DNA of 64,000 bases from a virus. Lineage: Duplodnaviria; Caudoviricetes. Each line of letters starts with the position of its first letter. The first letter of the stretch is position 1. Under the pieces are notes generated by a model, which saw nothing but the letters and a program-made list of their open reading frames with translations, was not told where the DNA came from and searched no databases. The stretch is from IMG/VR virus record IMGVR_UViG_3300028887_000103, positions 16,373 to 80,372 of that record. One strand, given 5' to 3'. Made by a program: the position numbers and the translations under genes. Shown here in pieces: positions 27,087-36,304 of this stretch.

Positions 27087-27498
27087 CCCTATGTATTTTT
27101 GGCCTCTGGTAATGAGGTGGAAAAATAGGGTTTGCCCAAGAATAGTGATAAAAGGTAATTCAGAAGAAGAGTTTTTGGAACAAATTTCTAAACATCCAGA
27201 AATGGATTTTGTTATCGAGGATAGCGAAAGTCTAGTTGCTCCAAGGTTCAACAACCTAGTGTATAGGTGGCGAAATAAGATGTCGTATAAGAGCTGGGTT
27301 GACGAGTGGGCTAGGGTAGATTATTTAGTCTGTGATGAAAATGACAAAGATTACTGGATGCAGGCTGGGCTTTGCGGAGTAAAGGTATTCTTTAGCTGGG
27401 AGAAGTTCGTAGAGGCTTTGAATAGAGGTGAGATTCTGGTCTTGAGTAAGATAGATAGAATTGACCAATGGGAAATGACAAAAAACCTCTTGACATAA
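27052..27498 (+). CDS. Hypothetical protein (start uncertain)
   Basis: ORF fills the gap in a plus-strand operon. Confidence 0.55.
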   Translation: MEQECQSWKSLDPMYFWPLVMRWKNRVCPRIVIKGNSEEEFLEQISKHPEMDFVIEDSESLVAPRFNNLVYRWRNKMSYKSWVDEWARVDYLVCDENDKDYWMQAGLCGVKVFFSWEKFVEALNRGEILVLSKIDRIDQWEMTKNLLT

Positions 27499-27525
27499 CT
27501 AACTAGGTGTGCTACTTTAAAACTA

Positions 27526-28152
27526 ATGGTTACGATAATTACTTTAGTTAGCAATCGGAAAGGATTTGAAAATCTGAAGAGAAATCTAGTCAGTTTTGAA
27601 TCTGATTGGAAACTTGGGGTGGATATTCTTTGTATTGTTTCAGACTATGACTTATATCTAGAATGTCGGAATTTCTTGCACGAAAATGTAGATAGAGGGG
27701 AATGTCTAGTTGTCTTTGACCAAGATGCTACCTTAAAGTCTGGAAAAGAATATCTGGATACCAAGAATGAATATGTGTTCTTACTTGCCGAGAATGTCAG
27801 AGTTCCGAGTGGTGGTATCACTAAACTATACAAAAACTATCTTGAAAAACCACAGGCAGGGTTCATCACAGGGGAGTGGAACCAATTCCCGACTGTTCGC
27901 TGGGTCAAAGATATCTATGGTGCTCCGAAGTATATCTATTCAAATGAGCCGTCACCTTATGGGTTAAGAATGGATATAGATGTGGCAGAAGTCCACGGCA
28001 TAATGACAAAAACTAGTCTATACAAAGAATTGTTCTGTGCAGAGGATTTAGATGGTTACGGTAGTCATAGTTTCGGGATACGATTAAGAAGGCAAGGATA
28101 CAAAAATTATATTAACACAGGGGTAGAATACAAATATGGAGGTAACGAGTGA
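27526..28152 (+). CDS. Putative GT-A-fold glycosyltransferase-like protein
   Basis: N-terminal 'VTIITLV' strand, 'YVFLLAENV' at the DxD position, C-terminal 'FGIRLRRQGYKNYI' GT2-like segment; canonical DxD not seen. Confidence 0.4.
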   Translation: MVTIITLVSNRKGFENLKRNLVSFESDWKLGVDILCIVSDYDLYLECRNFLHENVDRGECLVVFDQDATLKSGKEYLDTKNEYVFLLAENVRVPSGGITKLYKNYLEKPQAGFITGEWNQFPTVRWVKDIYGAPKYIYSNEPSPYGLRMDIDVAEVHGIMTKTSLYKELFCAEDLDGYGSHSFGIRLRRQGYKNYINTGVEYKYGGNE

Positions 28153-29033
28153 AAATAATTATGTTGAAGGGGTTGCCTGCGAGTGGAAAATCTACTTGGG
28201 CTAGGGAGCGTCAAAAGGAAGGTGGCAATTATCTAGTCATAAGCAAAGATGAAATTCGTAAGATGTTCGGCGGGTATGCCCCCAAGCGAGAGAAAGATGT
28301 CTTAAGAGTAAGAAATGAACTGATAAAACTGGGCATTAAACTACGCAAGAATGTAATAGTGGATGATACCAACTTGAACATCAAGCACGAAAGATATATC
28401 AGACAATTGGCAAATGAACTAGGGGTGAAGTTTGAAATCAACGATGACTTTATGGAAGTTCCACCAGAAGAATGTATAAAACGAGATTTACACCGTGGAG
28501 AAAAGGCCGTCGGTGCTAGCGTGATTTGGGATATGTATTATAGATGGGTGGCACCAGACCCACAAGTCAATTTAGATGTAAACTTTGACAAACCGAGGTG
28601 TGTGATTTGTGATGTCGATGGCACATTGGCTCTGAATACAGAGGGCAGAAGTTTCTACGATTTGTCCAGAGTTAACGAGGATACGGCTGACCCGTTTGTC
28701 TCTTGCGTAGTAGATGCTCTGTATAACTATGGCACTGAAATCAATGGGGATAAATACCCTAGCATAATTATCTTGAGTGGAAGGGAAGAAATAAGTAGAG
28801 AAGCCACGGAGGGGTGGCTTAAACAATATGGTATTCCTTATGACCAAGTGATAATGCGAGAAACTGGGGATAAACGGAGTGATAGTATTGTGAAGCGAGA
28901 ACTCTATGAAAAATATGTAGAGCCAAACTACTGTGTCTTGGGAGTGATAGATGATAGACCTAGCGTCTGTGCTGTCTGGCGTAGTTTAGGCTTAAGAGTT
29001 GCTCAAGTTGGTAACCCATATATTGATTTCTGA
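28149..29033 (+). CDS. pseT: Polynucleotide 5'-kinase/3'-phosphatase (T4 PseT-like)
   Basis: GLPASGKST P-loop, VIVDDTN, then HAD domain DVDGTL, SGR, IDDR. Confidence 0.9.
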   Translation: MKIIMLKGLPASGKSTWARERQKEGGNYLVISKDEIRKMFGGYAPKREKDVLRVRNELIKLGIKLRKNVIVDDTNLNIKHERYIRQLANELGVKFEINDDFMEVPPEECIKRDLHRGEKAVGASVIWDMYYRWVAPDPQVNLDVNFDKPRCVICDVDGTLALNTEGRSFYDLSRVNEDTADPFVSCVVDALYNYGTEINGDKYPSIIILSGREEISREATEGWLKQYGIPYDQVIMRETGDKRSDSIVKRELYEKYVEPNYCVLGVIDDRPSVCAVWRSLGLRVAQVGNPYIDF

Positions 29034-29071
29034 ACTAGAAGTATGTTAAACTATAAAAAAGGAGACAATAG

Positions 29072-29284
29072 ATGAAAGAAAAAGCAACAAGTGGCGGAGT
29101 AGGTTTCTTAAGTTTACTATTCTTGCTATTTCTAGGTTTGAAACTTGGTAATGTGATTGACTGGTCGTGGTGGTGGGTGTTTGCACCACTTTGGGTTCCA
29201 GTGGCACTGTTCGTAGTCTTTATCGGGCTAGCGTTCTTGGGAGTGGTAATCTTTAACCCAAGATGGAAGAAGGGAAAGAAATGA
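29072..29284 (+). CDS. Small membrane protein
   Basis: Two hydrophobic segments with 'IDWSWWWVFAPLW'. Confidence 0.75.
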   Translation: MKEKATSGGVGFLSLLFLLFLGLKLGNVIDWSWWWVFAPLWVPVALFVVFIGLAFLGVVIFNPRWKKGKK

Positions 29285-29691
29285 TTACACCTTTTCGTCA
29301 GATTCGAAATGGATTTAGAAGAGTCAAGTGGTGGTTTATGCGAGCCAACGGGACACTTCCACCGTGCGACTGGTGGGATTATAAGTATAGTCTTGCCGAC
29401 TTTATCAAGCAGGGGCTTTCTGGGTTATTGCACGAAGGAGTGACTGACTGGGATAGCAAACATCATAAGAAGGAAAAGAAGGATTTGGAGTTTGTTCTAG
29501 ACTGGGCTATTGAGTTCCCTTATTATGAATCTGGAATAATTGCAAGCAATGAGGATGACTGCAAAAATCTAAAAAACCAGTTCGGTGATGAAGTTTTGGT
29601 AATGACAAAAGATGACTTTGAGGAGTTCCAGAAGAGGACAGAAAAAGCATTTAAACTGTTAGCGAAAAATATACATACTTTATGGGATTAA
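29263..29691 (+). CDS. Hypothetical protein
   Basis: Coupled ORF. Confidence 0.65.
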   Translation: MEEGKEMITPFRQIRNGFRRVKWWFMRANGTLPPCDWWDYKYSLADFIKQGLSGLLHEGVTDWDSKHHKKEKKDLEFVLDWAIEFPYYESGIIASNEDDCKNLKNQFGDEVLVMTKDDFEEFQKRTEKAFKLLAKNIHTLWD

Positions 29692-29692
29692 G

Positions 29693-30454
29693 ATGAAAAC
29701 AAAAGATTTAGATATAGTTTACTGTCTCAAAGAAAAAGTAACTCACGAGGAGTTCAGGTATTCTTTGAGGTCATTGAAAAACATAGAGCACAACCGAGTA
29801 TGGGTTTTTGGTGGCTGTCCAGATTGGCTTGATTTAGATAAGGTAGAATATGTCAAGACACTACAGAATAAGGGGAATAAATGGCTCAATGTGGCAAGTA
29901 TGCTTTTAGAGATTGCAGAGAATGACAATGTCACGGAAGATTTTATCTGGTTCAATGACGATTTCTTTGTGCTTCAAAAAACAGATGAGTTGAATTACTA
30001 CTATGATAGGACACTTTCAGCCAGAATATCTGATTTCTATAAACTTCATCTGTATCTGATGAATAACAACTACACTCGTAGGTTGGCGAATGCGAATAGA
30101 GCGTTGAAGTGGAAGAAACAAACCACACTAAACTATGAATTACATTTACCGATAATCTTTAACCGTAAGAAGTTGGCAGAAGTGATAAAGGCTTATCCAA
30201 ATGTCGGTGCCAAGAGAAGTCTCTACGGGAATAATTATGTAGAAGATGCCATCCAACGAAATGATGTTAAGATATATGACAATGAAAATACCCCCGACGA
30301 TACTTGGGATTTTGTATCCACTAGCGATAGTTCTTTTGTTGCAGGAAATGTTGGAAAATATATTCGTCAGAAGTTTAAGGCTAAAAGCAAATATGAAAAA
30401 GTTGACAAGAAAAAAAGCAAGCGCTATAATAAAACTGAAAAGGAGAACGAATGA
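29693..30454 (+). CDS. Stealth-like sugar-phosphotransferase/glycosyltransferase
   Basis: DIVY, EEFRYSLRSL, FIWFNDDFF and YELHLP motifs resemble Stealth conserved regions. Confidence 0.65.
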   Translation: MKTKDLDIVYCLKEKVTHEEFRYSLRSLKNIEHNRVWVFGGCPDWLDLDKVEYVKTLQNKGNKWLNVASMLLEIAENDNVTEDFIWFNDDFFVLQKTDELNYYYDRTLSARISDFYKLHLYLMNNNYTRRLANANRALKWKKQTTLNYELHLPIIFNRKKLAEVIKAYPNVGAKRSLYGNNYVEDAIQRNDVKIYDNENTPDDTWDFVSTSDSSFVAGNVGKYIRQKFKAKSKYEKVDKKKSKRYNKTEKENE

Positions 30455-30543
30455 ACTGCTGGGATTCGCCACTAGATAAAATAACTTACTATCCACTAAC
30501 GGATACAGTTAAATATGAAACATTTTCTAATAAGGAGGCAAAT

Positions 30544-30750
30544 ATGTCACTAACTAAAAGATATGCTAACAGAAATCGTAGTGCCGATGAGCAACTGGCC
30601 ATAGATGAAGGGCTTTTGCGGGAAGATGGGACTCTGACTTCAGAAGGGCGAGAGTTTCTTTGTCAGATACTTTTTGATGATGAGAGTATCAAAGAAAAGT
30701 TCTATGAGGCTTTACGAGAGTTGATTGATGAAGAAGACGAGGAAGAATAA
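30544..30750 (+). CDS. Small acidic hypothetical protein (start re-called)
   Basis: SD AAGGAGG before ATG 30544. Confidence 0.6.
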   Translation: MSLTKRYANRNRSADEQLAIDEGLLREDGTLTSEGREFLCQILFDDESIKEKFYEALRELIDEEDEEE

Positions 30751-30829
30751 TGGATATTGACAATCCTAGTCCGAAAGTAGCCCTTACCGAGAATGGAATA
30801 GTAGTCAAAAATCGGGCTTATCGGAGGAA

Positions 30830-31249
30830 GTGGAAAAACAGGGCTATGTTAGAGGGGAAACAGTCCAAGAAGTTCTATACTCAAAAGAAGAAAGGGAAAA
30901 GGAAGAAAAAATGAAAGATGAAATGAAAAAAGCCAGAAATCTGGTCAATAAAATTGTGAAGAAGTTTAATCGTAACGATTTAGATTGGACAGTGCAAGTG
31001 AGTATTAACTCTACCCGTCCAGAACGAGTGAATTACTGTGCTCAAATAGAAGCACCGGCTAATGGGTTACAACCATTGACTTGGGTGAAAGAAAGTTTTG
31101 CCGAGTTAGAAGATGCATTGAAAATCGCCGAAAAGGGTTTAGACCAAGATGCTGTGGATAGGGCTTGGCACGAGGCTGAAATACAGAGGGCAGAGTCCCT
31201 TATTAAATACCACAAGGACGCTATTGCTGAACTTGATAATGAAAGTTAG
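30830..31249 (+). CDS. Hypothetical protein
   Basis: Plus-strand ORF; start uncertain. Confidence 0.6.
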   Translation: MEKQGYVRGETVQEVLYSKEEREKEEKMKDEMKKARNLVNKIVKKFNRNDLDWTVQVSINSTRPERVNYCAQIEAPANGLQPLTWVKESFAELEDALKIAEKGLDQDAVDRAWHEAEIQRAESLIKYHKDAIAELDNES

Positions 31250-31289
31250 ATGATATAAAATGGGGGTTATAAAAAGAAAAGGAGAGCAG

Positions 31290-31532
31290 ATGGAAAGTTT
31301 AAGTTCAAAAGCAAAAGAGTTCTTAAGGTTATGGACGGAGTTAAGCCCGTATGCGAAGAATTCCACATCCGTAGTCAATGACAAAGAAAATTGTAGAATA
31401 TACTTTGTGATTGACGATTTCGATGGAAATGTAGGAAGTTTTGAATATCATCTCTACCACAAGAATATGACAGGGTTTGAGACTTTAGAAGATAAGAAAC
31501 CTTACAAGATTACAGATTTGATAAACTCATAA
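31290..31532 (+). CDS. Hypothetical protein (start re-called)
   Basis: SD AAGGAG. Confidence 0.6.
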   Translation: MESLSSKAKEFLRLWTELSPYAKNSTSVVNDKENCRIYFVIDDFDGNVGSFEYHLYHKNMTGFETLEDKKPYKITDLINS

Positions 31533-31612
31533 CCTCTTGTATTTTTCTACAAAATGACTTATAATAATAATTGGTAATGCTATAAATATCATTTAACAAA
31601 AGGAGGTATGAA

Positions 31613-32011
31613 ATGGCAATCAATTCAGTAAATCTAGTCGGAAGGCTAGTTCAAGACCCAACACTAAAATCTGTCGGGGATAATTTACAGATGTGCCAAT
31701 TTACTTTAGCCGTTGACAAACGAGGCAAGGATAAAGGAACAAACTTTATTGATTGCGTGGCTTGGAATAAGACGGCAGAAACAATTGCCCAATATGTGAA
31801 AAAAGGTAATCAGTTCGGGGTGTCAGGTCGTCTAGACCACCAAGTCTGGGAAAAAGATGGACAGAAGAACAGCAAGATTTCTGTTATCGTGGACGATTTT
31901 ACTTTTGTTTCTGGAGGAGAAAGAAAAACCCCTAGCGAAGAAGTTGGCTTGTATGATAGACCACCGAAAGAAGACAAAGAAGAAATAGATTTGAGTCAGA
32001 TTCCTTTCTAG
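31613..32011 (+). CDS. ssb: Single-stranded DNA-binding protein
   Basis: INSVNLVGRLVQDP, FIDCVAW, VSGRL; acidic tail ending IPF. Confidence 0.95.
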   Translation: MAINSVNLVGRLVQDPTLKSVGDNLQMCQFTLAVDKRGKDKGTNFIDCVAWNKTAETIAQYVKKGNQFGVSGRLDHQVWEKDGQKNSKISVIVDDFTFVSGGERKTPSEEVGLYDRPPKEDKEEIDLSQIPF

Positions 32012-32031
32012 ATTTATTGTCTGCGAAGCGC

Positions 32032-32057
32032 AAAAAATCCTCTACGGAGGGTTTTTT
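32032..32057. terminator. Intrinsic terminator (possibly bidirectional)
   Basis: AAAAAATCCTC-TACG-GAGGGTTTTTT. Confidence 0.8.
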
Positions 32058-32177
32058 GTTGAGTATGCTATAATGATGCTAGTTTTAGTTCCCCAGAAAA
32101 CTAAAACTGTAAACCGTTGGCGAGGACATAGATGTCCTAACCAGAAATACAACAACTAAAACCGAAAGGGGAATACA

Positions 32178-32816
32178 GTGAAAAAAAATCTTAAAGATGT
32201 CAATATGGGCTGGGTTGCGACATCTGCTATAGTGGCTTATGCAATTATAGCGATTGCGACTGATATGTTCGCAAACAAAATGCTAAGCATCGGAAGTCTA
32301 ACGCTAGCAGGCGGTATTCTGATGATTCCGTTCAGTTTCACCATTCGTGACTTAATCCACAAATTGATTGGGTTTGACAATGTGAAGAAGGTGGTCTGGA
32401 CTACTGCAATTGTAAATCTAGTGGTAGCGATATTACTTATCGTTCTAGATGTTATTCCGTCGGCAGTTCCGGGCCAACAAGAGGCTTGGCACGCTTTGAT
32501 GGGTGCTAGTTGGCGAGTGATAATCGCTTCGTTCATAGCACAACTTGTGGCTGATTTAGGTAATACCTATGTCTACCAATGGGTGTGGAATAAACTTGGC
32601 GATAAACACGTTTGGTTGAGGACTATCATTTCAAACTTGCCAGCGTGTTTTCTAGATTCGGCGATATTCAGTTATATTGCGTTTCTAGGGGTGCTTGACC
32701 CAAACATTATCTGGGCGAGTGTTATAAGTTCATTCGCAGTAAAGTATGTCCTGTCGATTGTAGCGACACCACTTACTTACTTGAGTGAAACAAAGGAAAA
32801 AGAAAAGAAGAAATGA
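32178..32816 (+). CDS. yhhQ: YhhQ/VUT-family queuosine-precursor transporter
   Basis: Multi-TM protein with FTIRDLI, RVIIASFIA and RTIISN...DSAIFSYIAF motifs. Confidence 0.85.
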   Translation: MKKNLKDVNMGWVATSAIVAYAIIAIATDMFANKMLSIGSLTLAGGILMIPFSFTIRDLIHKLIGFDNVKKVVWTTAIVNLVVAILLIVLDVIPSAVPGQQEAWHALMGASWRVIIASFIAQLVADLGNTYVYQWVWNKLGDKHVWLRTIISNLPACFLDSAIFSYIAFLGVLDPNIIWASVISSFAVKYVLSIVATPLTYLSETKEKEKKK

Positions 32817-32858
32817 CAATATCCTGCTGGTCTGGGCTGGCAGGGGTAAAGGAATAGA

Positions 32859-33101
32859 ATGAGTCTAATTGAAGCAACAGGTCTAATAGCAACACTCCTA
32901 GTCTTTGTATCGTTCCTACCCAAGAATATCGTGTTTATCCGATGGGCTAACTTGATAGGAAGTATATTCTTCGTCATCTATGGCTTTGGGATAGGTGCGT
33001 TCTGGACGGGGTTTATGAATGCTTGTTTGATACTTGTTCAGGCTTATCACTTAACTAAAATCTATATGGAAAGGAAAAAGAATGGCAGGAAAGATAAATA
33101 G
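32859..33101 (+). CDS. Small multi-TM membrane protein (YgjV/PQ-loop-like)
   Basis: Three hydrophobic segments; 'IRWANLIGSIFFVIYG' pattern. Confidence 0.55.
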   Translation: MSLIEATGLIATLLVFVSFLPKNIVFIRWANLIGSIFFVIYGFGIGAFWTGFMNACLILVQAYHLTKIYMERKKNGRKDK

Positions 33102-33444
33102 TCTTACTGAAGAAGAGCAAGCAAAATGGCTTGACAATACTTATGGGATTGACGAGATTAAATTCGTCGAGGAAATACAGCATCATTGTCCACTAGGTGA
33201 GCAGGTCGGAGTGACAACTTATAATGTGGAAGTCGTGCCTGGAAAGCACTTGGCAGAGTTAATCCAACTGCACTGGGATATTCAGAAACTAATGGGACAA
33301 ACATTCACACTTGAAAGTGGTGCTGCTGAAGTTCTAGAGATAGTGAAAAAAGCGTATGTTGACCCTGAATATGTCTGTGTGAGAGCCAAGTGTCCACCCA
33401 ACCGACATATGAGCGTGGAAGTATCAGTGGAATACGAGGGTTAA
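33082..33444 (+). CDS. QueF-like T-fold protein
   Basis: HHCPLGEQ aligns by eye with QueF 'SLCPxTGQ'; 'ELIQL' and 'TFTLE' match later QueF elements; cluster context. Confidence 0.55.
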   Translation: MAGKINSLTEEEQAKWLDNTYGIDEIKFVEEIQHHCPLGEQVGVTTYNVEVVPGKHLAELIQLHWDIQKLMGQTFTLESGAAEVLEIVKKAYVDPEYVCVRAKCPPNRHMSVEVSVEYEG

Positions 33445-34266
33445 ATGTTACTGTTCTTCGCCGCTACAGAAGCAAGACAACACAGGGACGCTGCAATCGA
33501 GGGAGGTGTTAAAAACTCCCTCCAGTCTTTTTACACACTAGGTTGCGGTAAAGGAGTTCCAGATAACAAGAAGTTTGAGAATTATCTACTTGATTCGGGT
33601 GGGTATTCTGCTAGAAAGCACGGTATAGACATCAATGTCGAAGATTATGCTAGGTATCTCAATAACTACAAGATTAAAGTGGCGTTCAATCTAGACTTCA
33701 AGGACAATGACAAAAGTCTTCGGAATCAGAAATATCTTGAAACCCATACCGATACTTATGTGCTTCCTGTTTACCACGGGACAGAATGGATGAATCCGAA
33801 GTGGGATGGGTTGCTTGAATACTATATGGAACACTACCCATATATTGCTTTGGGTGGTATGGCAGGCAGGGAAAACTCGAAGGAAAATCTACCGAGATTT
33901 TTGAATTATGTATTCAGCAGAACTAAAAACAAAACCCAAGTTCACGGTCTAGGAATGACTAGTGAGCCACTGCTTAAGCAATATCCGTTCTATTCTGTCG
34001 ATTCCACGAGTTGGATGAGTCCAGCATTGTTCGCCAACAGCAGAATACACGGCGAGAAGTGGATGAAGGCTAACGCTAAAAGCAGACACTTCACCTATAA
34101 CATCATAGATGAGATGCCGTTCTGGTTTAAACTTGAAAAAGATGTTACGAAACTCTGGGAACAAAGAGGGGTGAGGTGGGGAAAGTTTGATTATGATATA
34201 TTCATATCAAAGAGGAAGAAAGAAATTCCTACTTTTGAAGAATGGAGAAATCATAATATAATATAA
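33445..34266 (+). CDS. DpdA/TGT-like guanine transglycosylase, paralog 1
   Basis: LLDSGGYS, FNLD, LPVYHG, IALGG, VHGLG and YPFYSVDSTSW motifs. Confidence 0.8.
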   Translation: MLLFFAATEARQHRDAAIEGGVKNSLQSFYTLGCGKGVPDNKKFENYLLDSGGYSARKHGIDINVEDYARYLNNYKIKVAFNLDFKDNDKSLRNQKYLETHTDTYVLPVYHGTEWMNPKWDGLLEYYMEHYPYIALGGMAGRENSKENLPRFLNYVFSRTKNKTQVHGLGMTSEPLLKQYPFYSVDSTSWMSPALFANSRIHGEKWMKANAKSRHFTYNIIDEMPFWFKLEKDVTKLWEQRGVRWGKFDYDIFISKRKKEIPTFEEWRNHNII

Positions 34267-34268
34267 CT

Positions 34269-34784
34269 ATGGCAAGTGGTGTTTATATTATAAAAGTAGG
34301 CAAAACTAAATATGTCGGAGCATCTGGCAATCTAAAGGTTAGAAAAGAAATACATTTTAATCAATTAAAAAGAGGAAAGCATTATAATCCATATTTACAA
34401 GAAGCCTACAACAAAAGTCAGGAATTTCGATTTGAAATAATAGAAGAGTGTGAAAATTCTTTTGAAAGGGAAAGGTGGTGGGTAGAGAGAATAGGAATAG
34501 AAAAATTAGCAAATGAAATTCTACCAGACGGGGTTAGTGGGATTCCAAGCGAGAGGATGAATAAGAAGCGTTCAGATTCTCTAAAAAAGTATTATGAAAC
34601 CCACGATGGTAATAAAACTTGGTTAGGGAAGACCAGGTCAGAAGAAACAAAACAAAAACTCCGAGAGCATCATAACCCTAAGAGCAATCCAAAAGGGTGT
34701 GTTCGGTCCGAGGAAACAAAGAGGAAAATCTCAGAATCAATTAAGAAGTGGCATCAGGAGAGGAAAAATGCAGGAAAAAGCTAA
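34269..34784 (+). CDS. GIY-YIG homing endonuclease with NUMOD3-like repeats
   Basis: GVYII...KYVGAS, HYNPYLQEAYNK; C-terminal SEETKQKLRE / SEETKRKISES. Confidence 0.85.
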   Translation: MASGVYIIKVGKTKYVGASGNLKVRKEIHFNQLKRGKHYNPYLQEAYNKSQEFRFEIIEECENSFERERWWVERIGIEKLANEILPDGVSGIPSERMNKKRSDSLKKYYETHDGNKTWLGKTRSEETKQKLREHHNPKSNPKGCVRSEETKRKISESIKKWHQERKNAGKS

Positions 34785-35424
34785 AGAAATATTTGAGTTT
34801 GACCCTAAAAAACTTTTGAAGGTTCCTATTTCGGAGGTTCGGGAAAATAATTGGAATCCAAAAGACCCAAATAGCCCAGAATATGAAAAAGTAAAAAGGT
34901 CTATCGAAATCAATGGTTTAACTCAACCAATTTTTGTTAGAGAGAATAGTGATGGGGATACAAAATATGAAGTCTTAGACGGAGCTCATAGATTTAGAAG
35001 TTGCAAAGAATTGGGGTTCAAGGAAATTTACATCTATAACGAAGGTGTTGTCCCAGACCCTTTGGCAAAAAGTTTCACTATCTATCATCAAATTCAGGTT
35101 CCGTTCGATGAAGCAGAATTGGCACCAATCGTGATGGAGTTAAACAACTTGCAGATGGAGTTACCTTACAACGAACTAGAGATAGATGGTTTTAGGAACT
35201 TGGCTAGTTTTGATTTTGATAAGGCTTACGAAAGTCAAACACCGTTGAAAGAAGACAATGACAAAGATGAGGAAATCTTAACTATAAAGATGACGGCAGA
35301 CCAGATAGAAAAGGTCAATAACGCTATCGAGGAAGTGAAGGCTTCTAAAAAAGTAAAAGAAGGGGAGGCATTGACAATGTTATGCGAAGGAGGGCTAGAT
35401 GTTATATTTTCTGACGAATCTTAA
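34768..35424 (+). CDS. ParB/Srx N-terminal domain protein 1 (start re-called)
   Basis: NNWNPK, SIEINGLTQPIFVRE, YEVLDGAHR. Confidence 0.85.
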   Translation: MQEKAKEIFEFDPKKLLKVPISEVRENNWNPKDPNSPEYEKVKRSIEINGLTQPIFVRENSDGDTKYEVLDGAHRFRSCKELGFKEIYIYNEGVVPDPLAKSFTIYHQIQVPFDEAELAPIVMELNNLQMELPYNELEIDGFRNLASFDFDKAYESQTPLKEDNDKDEEILTIKMTADQIEKVNNAIEEVKASKKVKEGEALTMLCEGGLDVIFSDES

Positions 35425-36304
35425 GAAACAGGCACCGTGGCAAATAGACTATGAAAATCTTTACCAGAAATACTTGACCGTGCCATATAAAGTTCTTACA
35501 GATAGAAGTCAATTGAGTGAGTTGACCGATAAAGATATTCTTTGGATACAACACTTTTTGGATATTGATACTCCAGAAACTAGGGCTTGCAAGGCTCGTA
35601 AGATGGCTCAGGTCAATGGAACAGCAGTCAACCCGTATATTGGTGCCGTGGATAAGAAACAGGAAGAAATTGAATACAACGAGATTTTAGACATTGCTTT
35701 GGTTTTTGATAGCGTAATCTCTTCCACAATGAAACACGCTTATCCGAAGGTAGATTTTTGGCGAGTAGGGTTCCCGATTCCAGAAATAAAACTTCCTCAA
35801 GTAGAAAAAAAGAAACAAATCTGCATTGCTGGAAGGCTGGATGCTTACAAGAATGTGAATATAAATATCTGGCTGACAGAGAATTTACGACGAGAAGGGT
35901 ATAAAGTAATCTTCTGTTACCCAGATAAAGATGTCCAAGCAGAAAGAGTCCAACTTTACAAACCAGAGAAGTTTGACAATCTTGAGTTCAGACGCTGTAA
36001 GAAGGAAGAATGGCTACAGATTGCCAACGAGAGTGAGTTCTATCTTTTGACAAGTTTCGATGATGTCTGTTCTGTGAGTATGTGGGAAGCCTACTATGCT
36101 GGGTGCTATTTACTTATTCCAGACATTCAAACCGGAATTATCAGGTATCCTGCGTATGTCAATCCACAGTTCCGTGCGTTTGACCGAGATTCTTTGGAAT
36201 GTTTAGTGGAAACAAAACCAAAACAAACCGTCAATACAATCAATATAATACCTCAAAAATGCGTAGAAAGGTTGGAGGAATACTTAAATGAAGAAAGTCT
36301 ATGA
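35399..36304 (+). CDS. GT-B-fold glycosyltransferase
   Basis: C-terminal 'ICIAGRLDAYKN' and 'LLTSFDDVCSVSMWEAYYAGC' match GT4-like nucleotide-sugar binding segments. Confidence 0.7.
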   Translation: MLYFLTNLKKQAPWQIDYENLYQKYLTVPYKVLTDRSQLSELTDKDILWIQHFLDIDTPETRACKARKMAQVNGTAVNPYIGAVDKKQEEIEYNEILDIALVFDSVISSTMKHAYPKVDFWRVGFPIPEIKLPQVEKKKQICIAGRLDAYKNVNINIWLTENLRREGYKVIFCYPDKDVQAERVQLYKPEKFDNLEFRRCKKEEWLQIANESEFYLLTSFDDVCSVSMWEAYYAGCYLLIPDIQTGIIRYPAYVNPQFRAFDRDSLECLVETKPKQTVNTINIIPQKCVERLEEYLNEESL

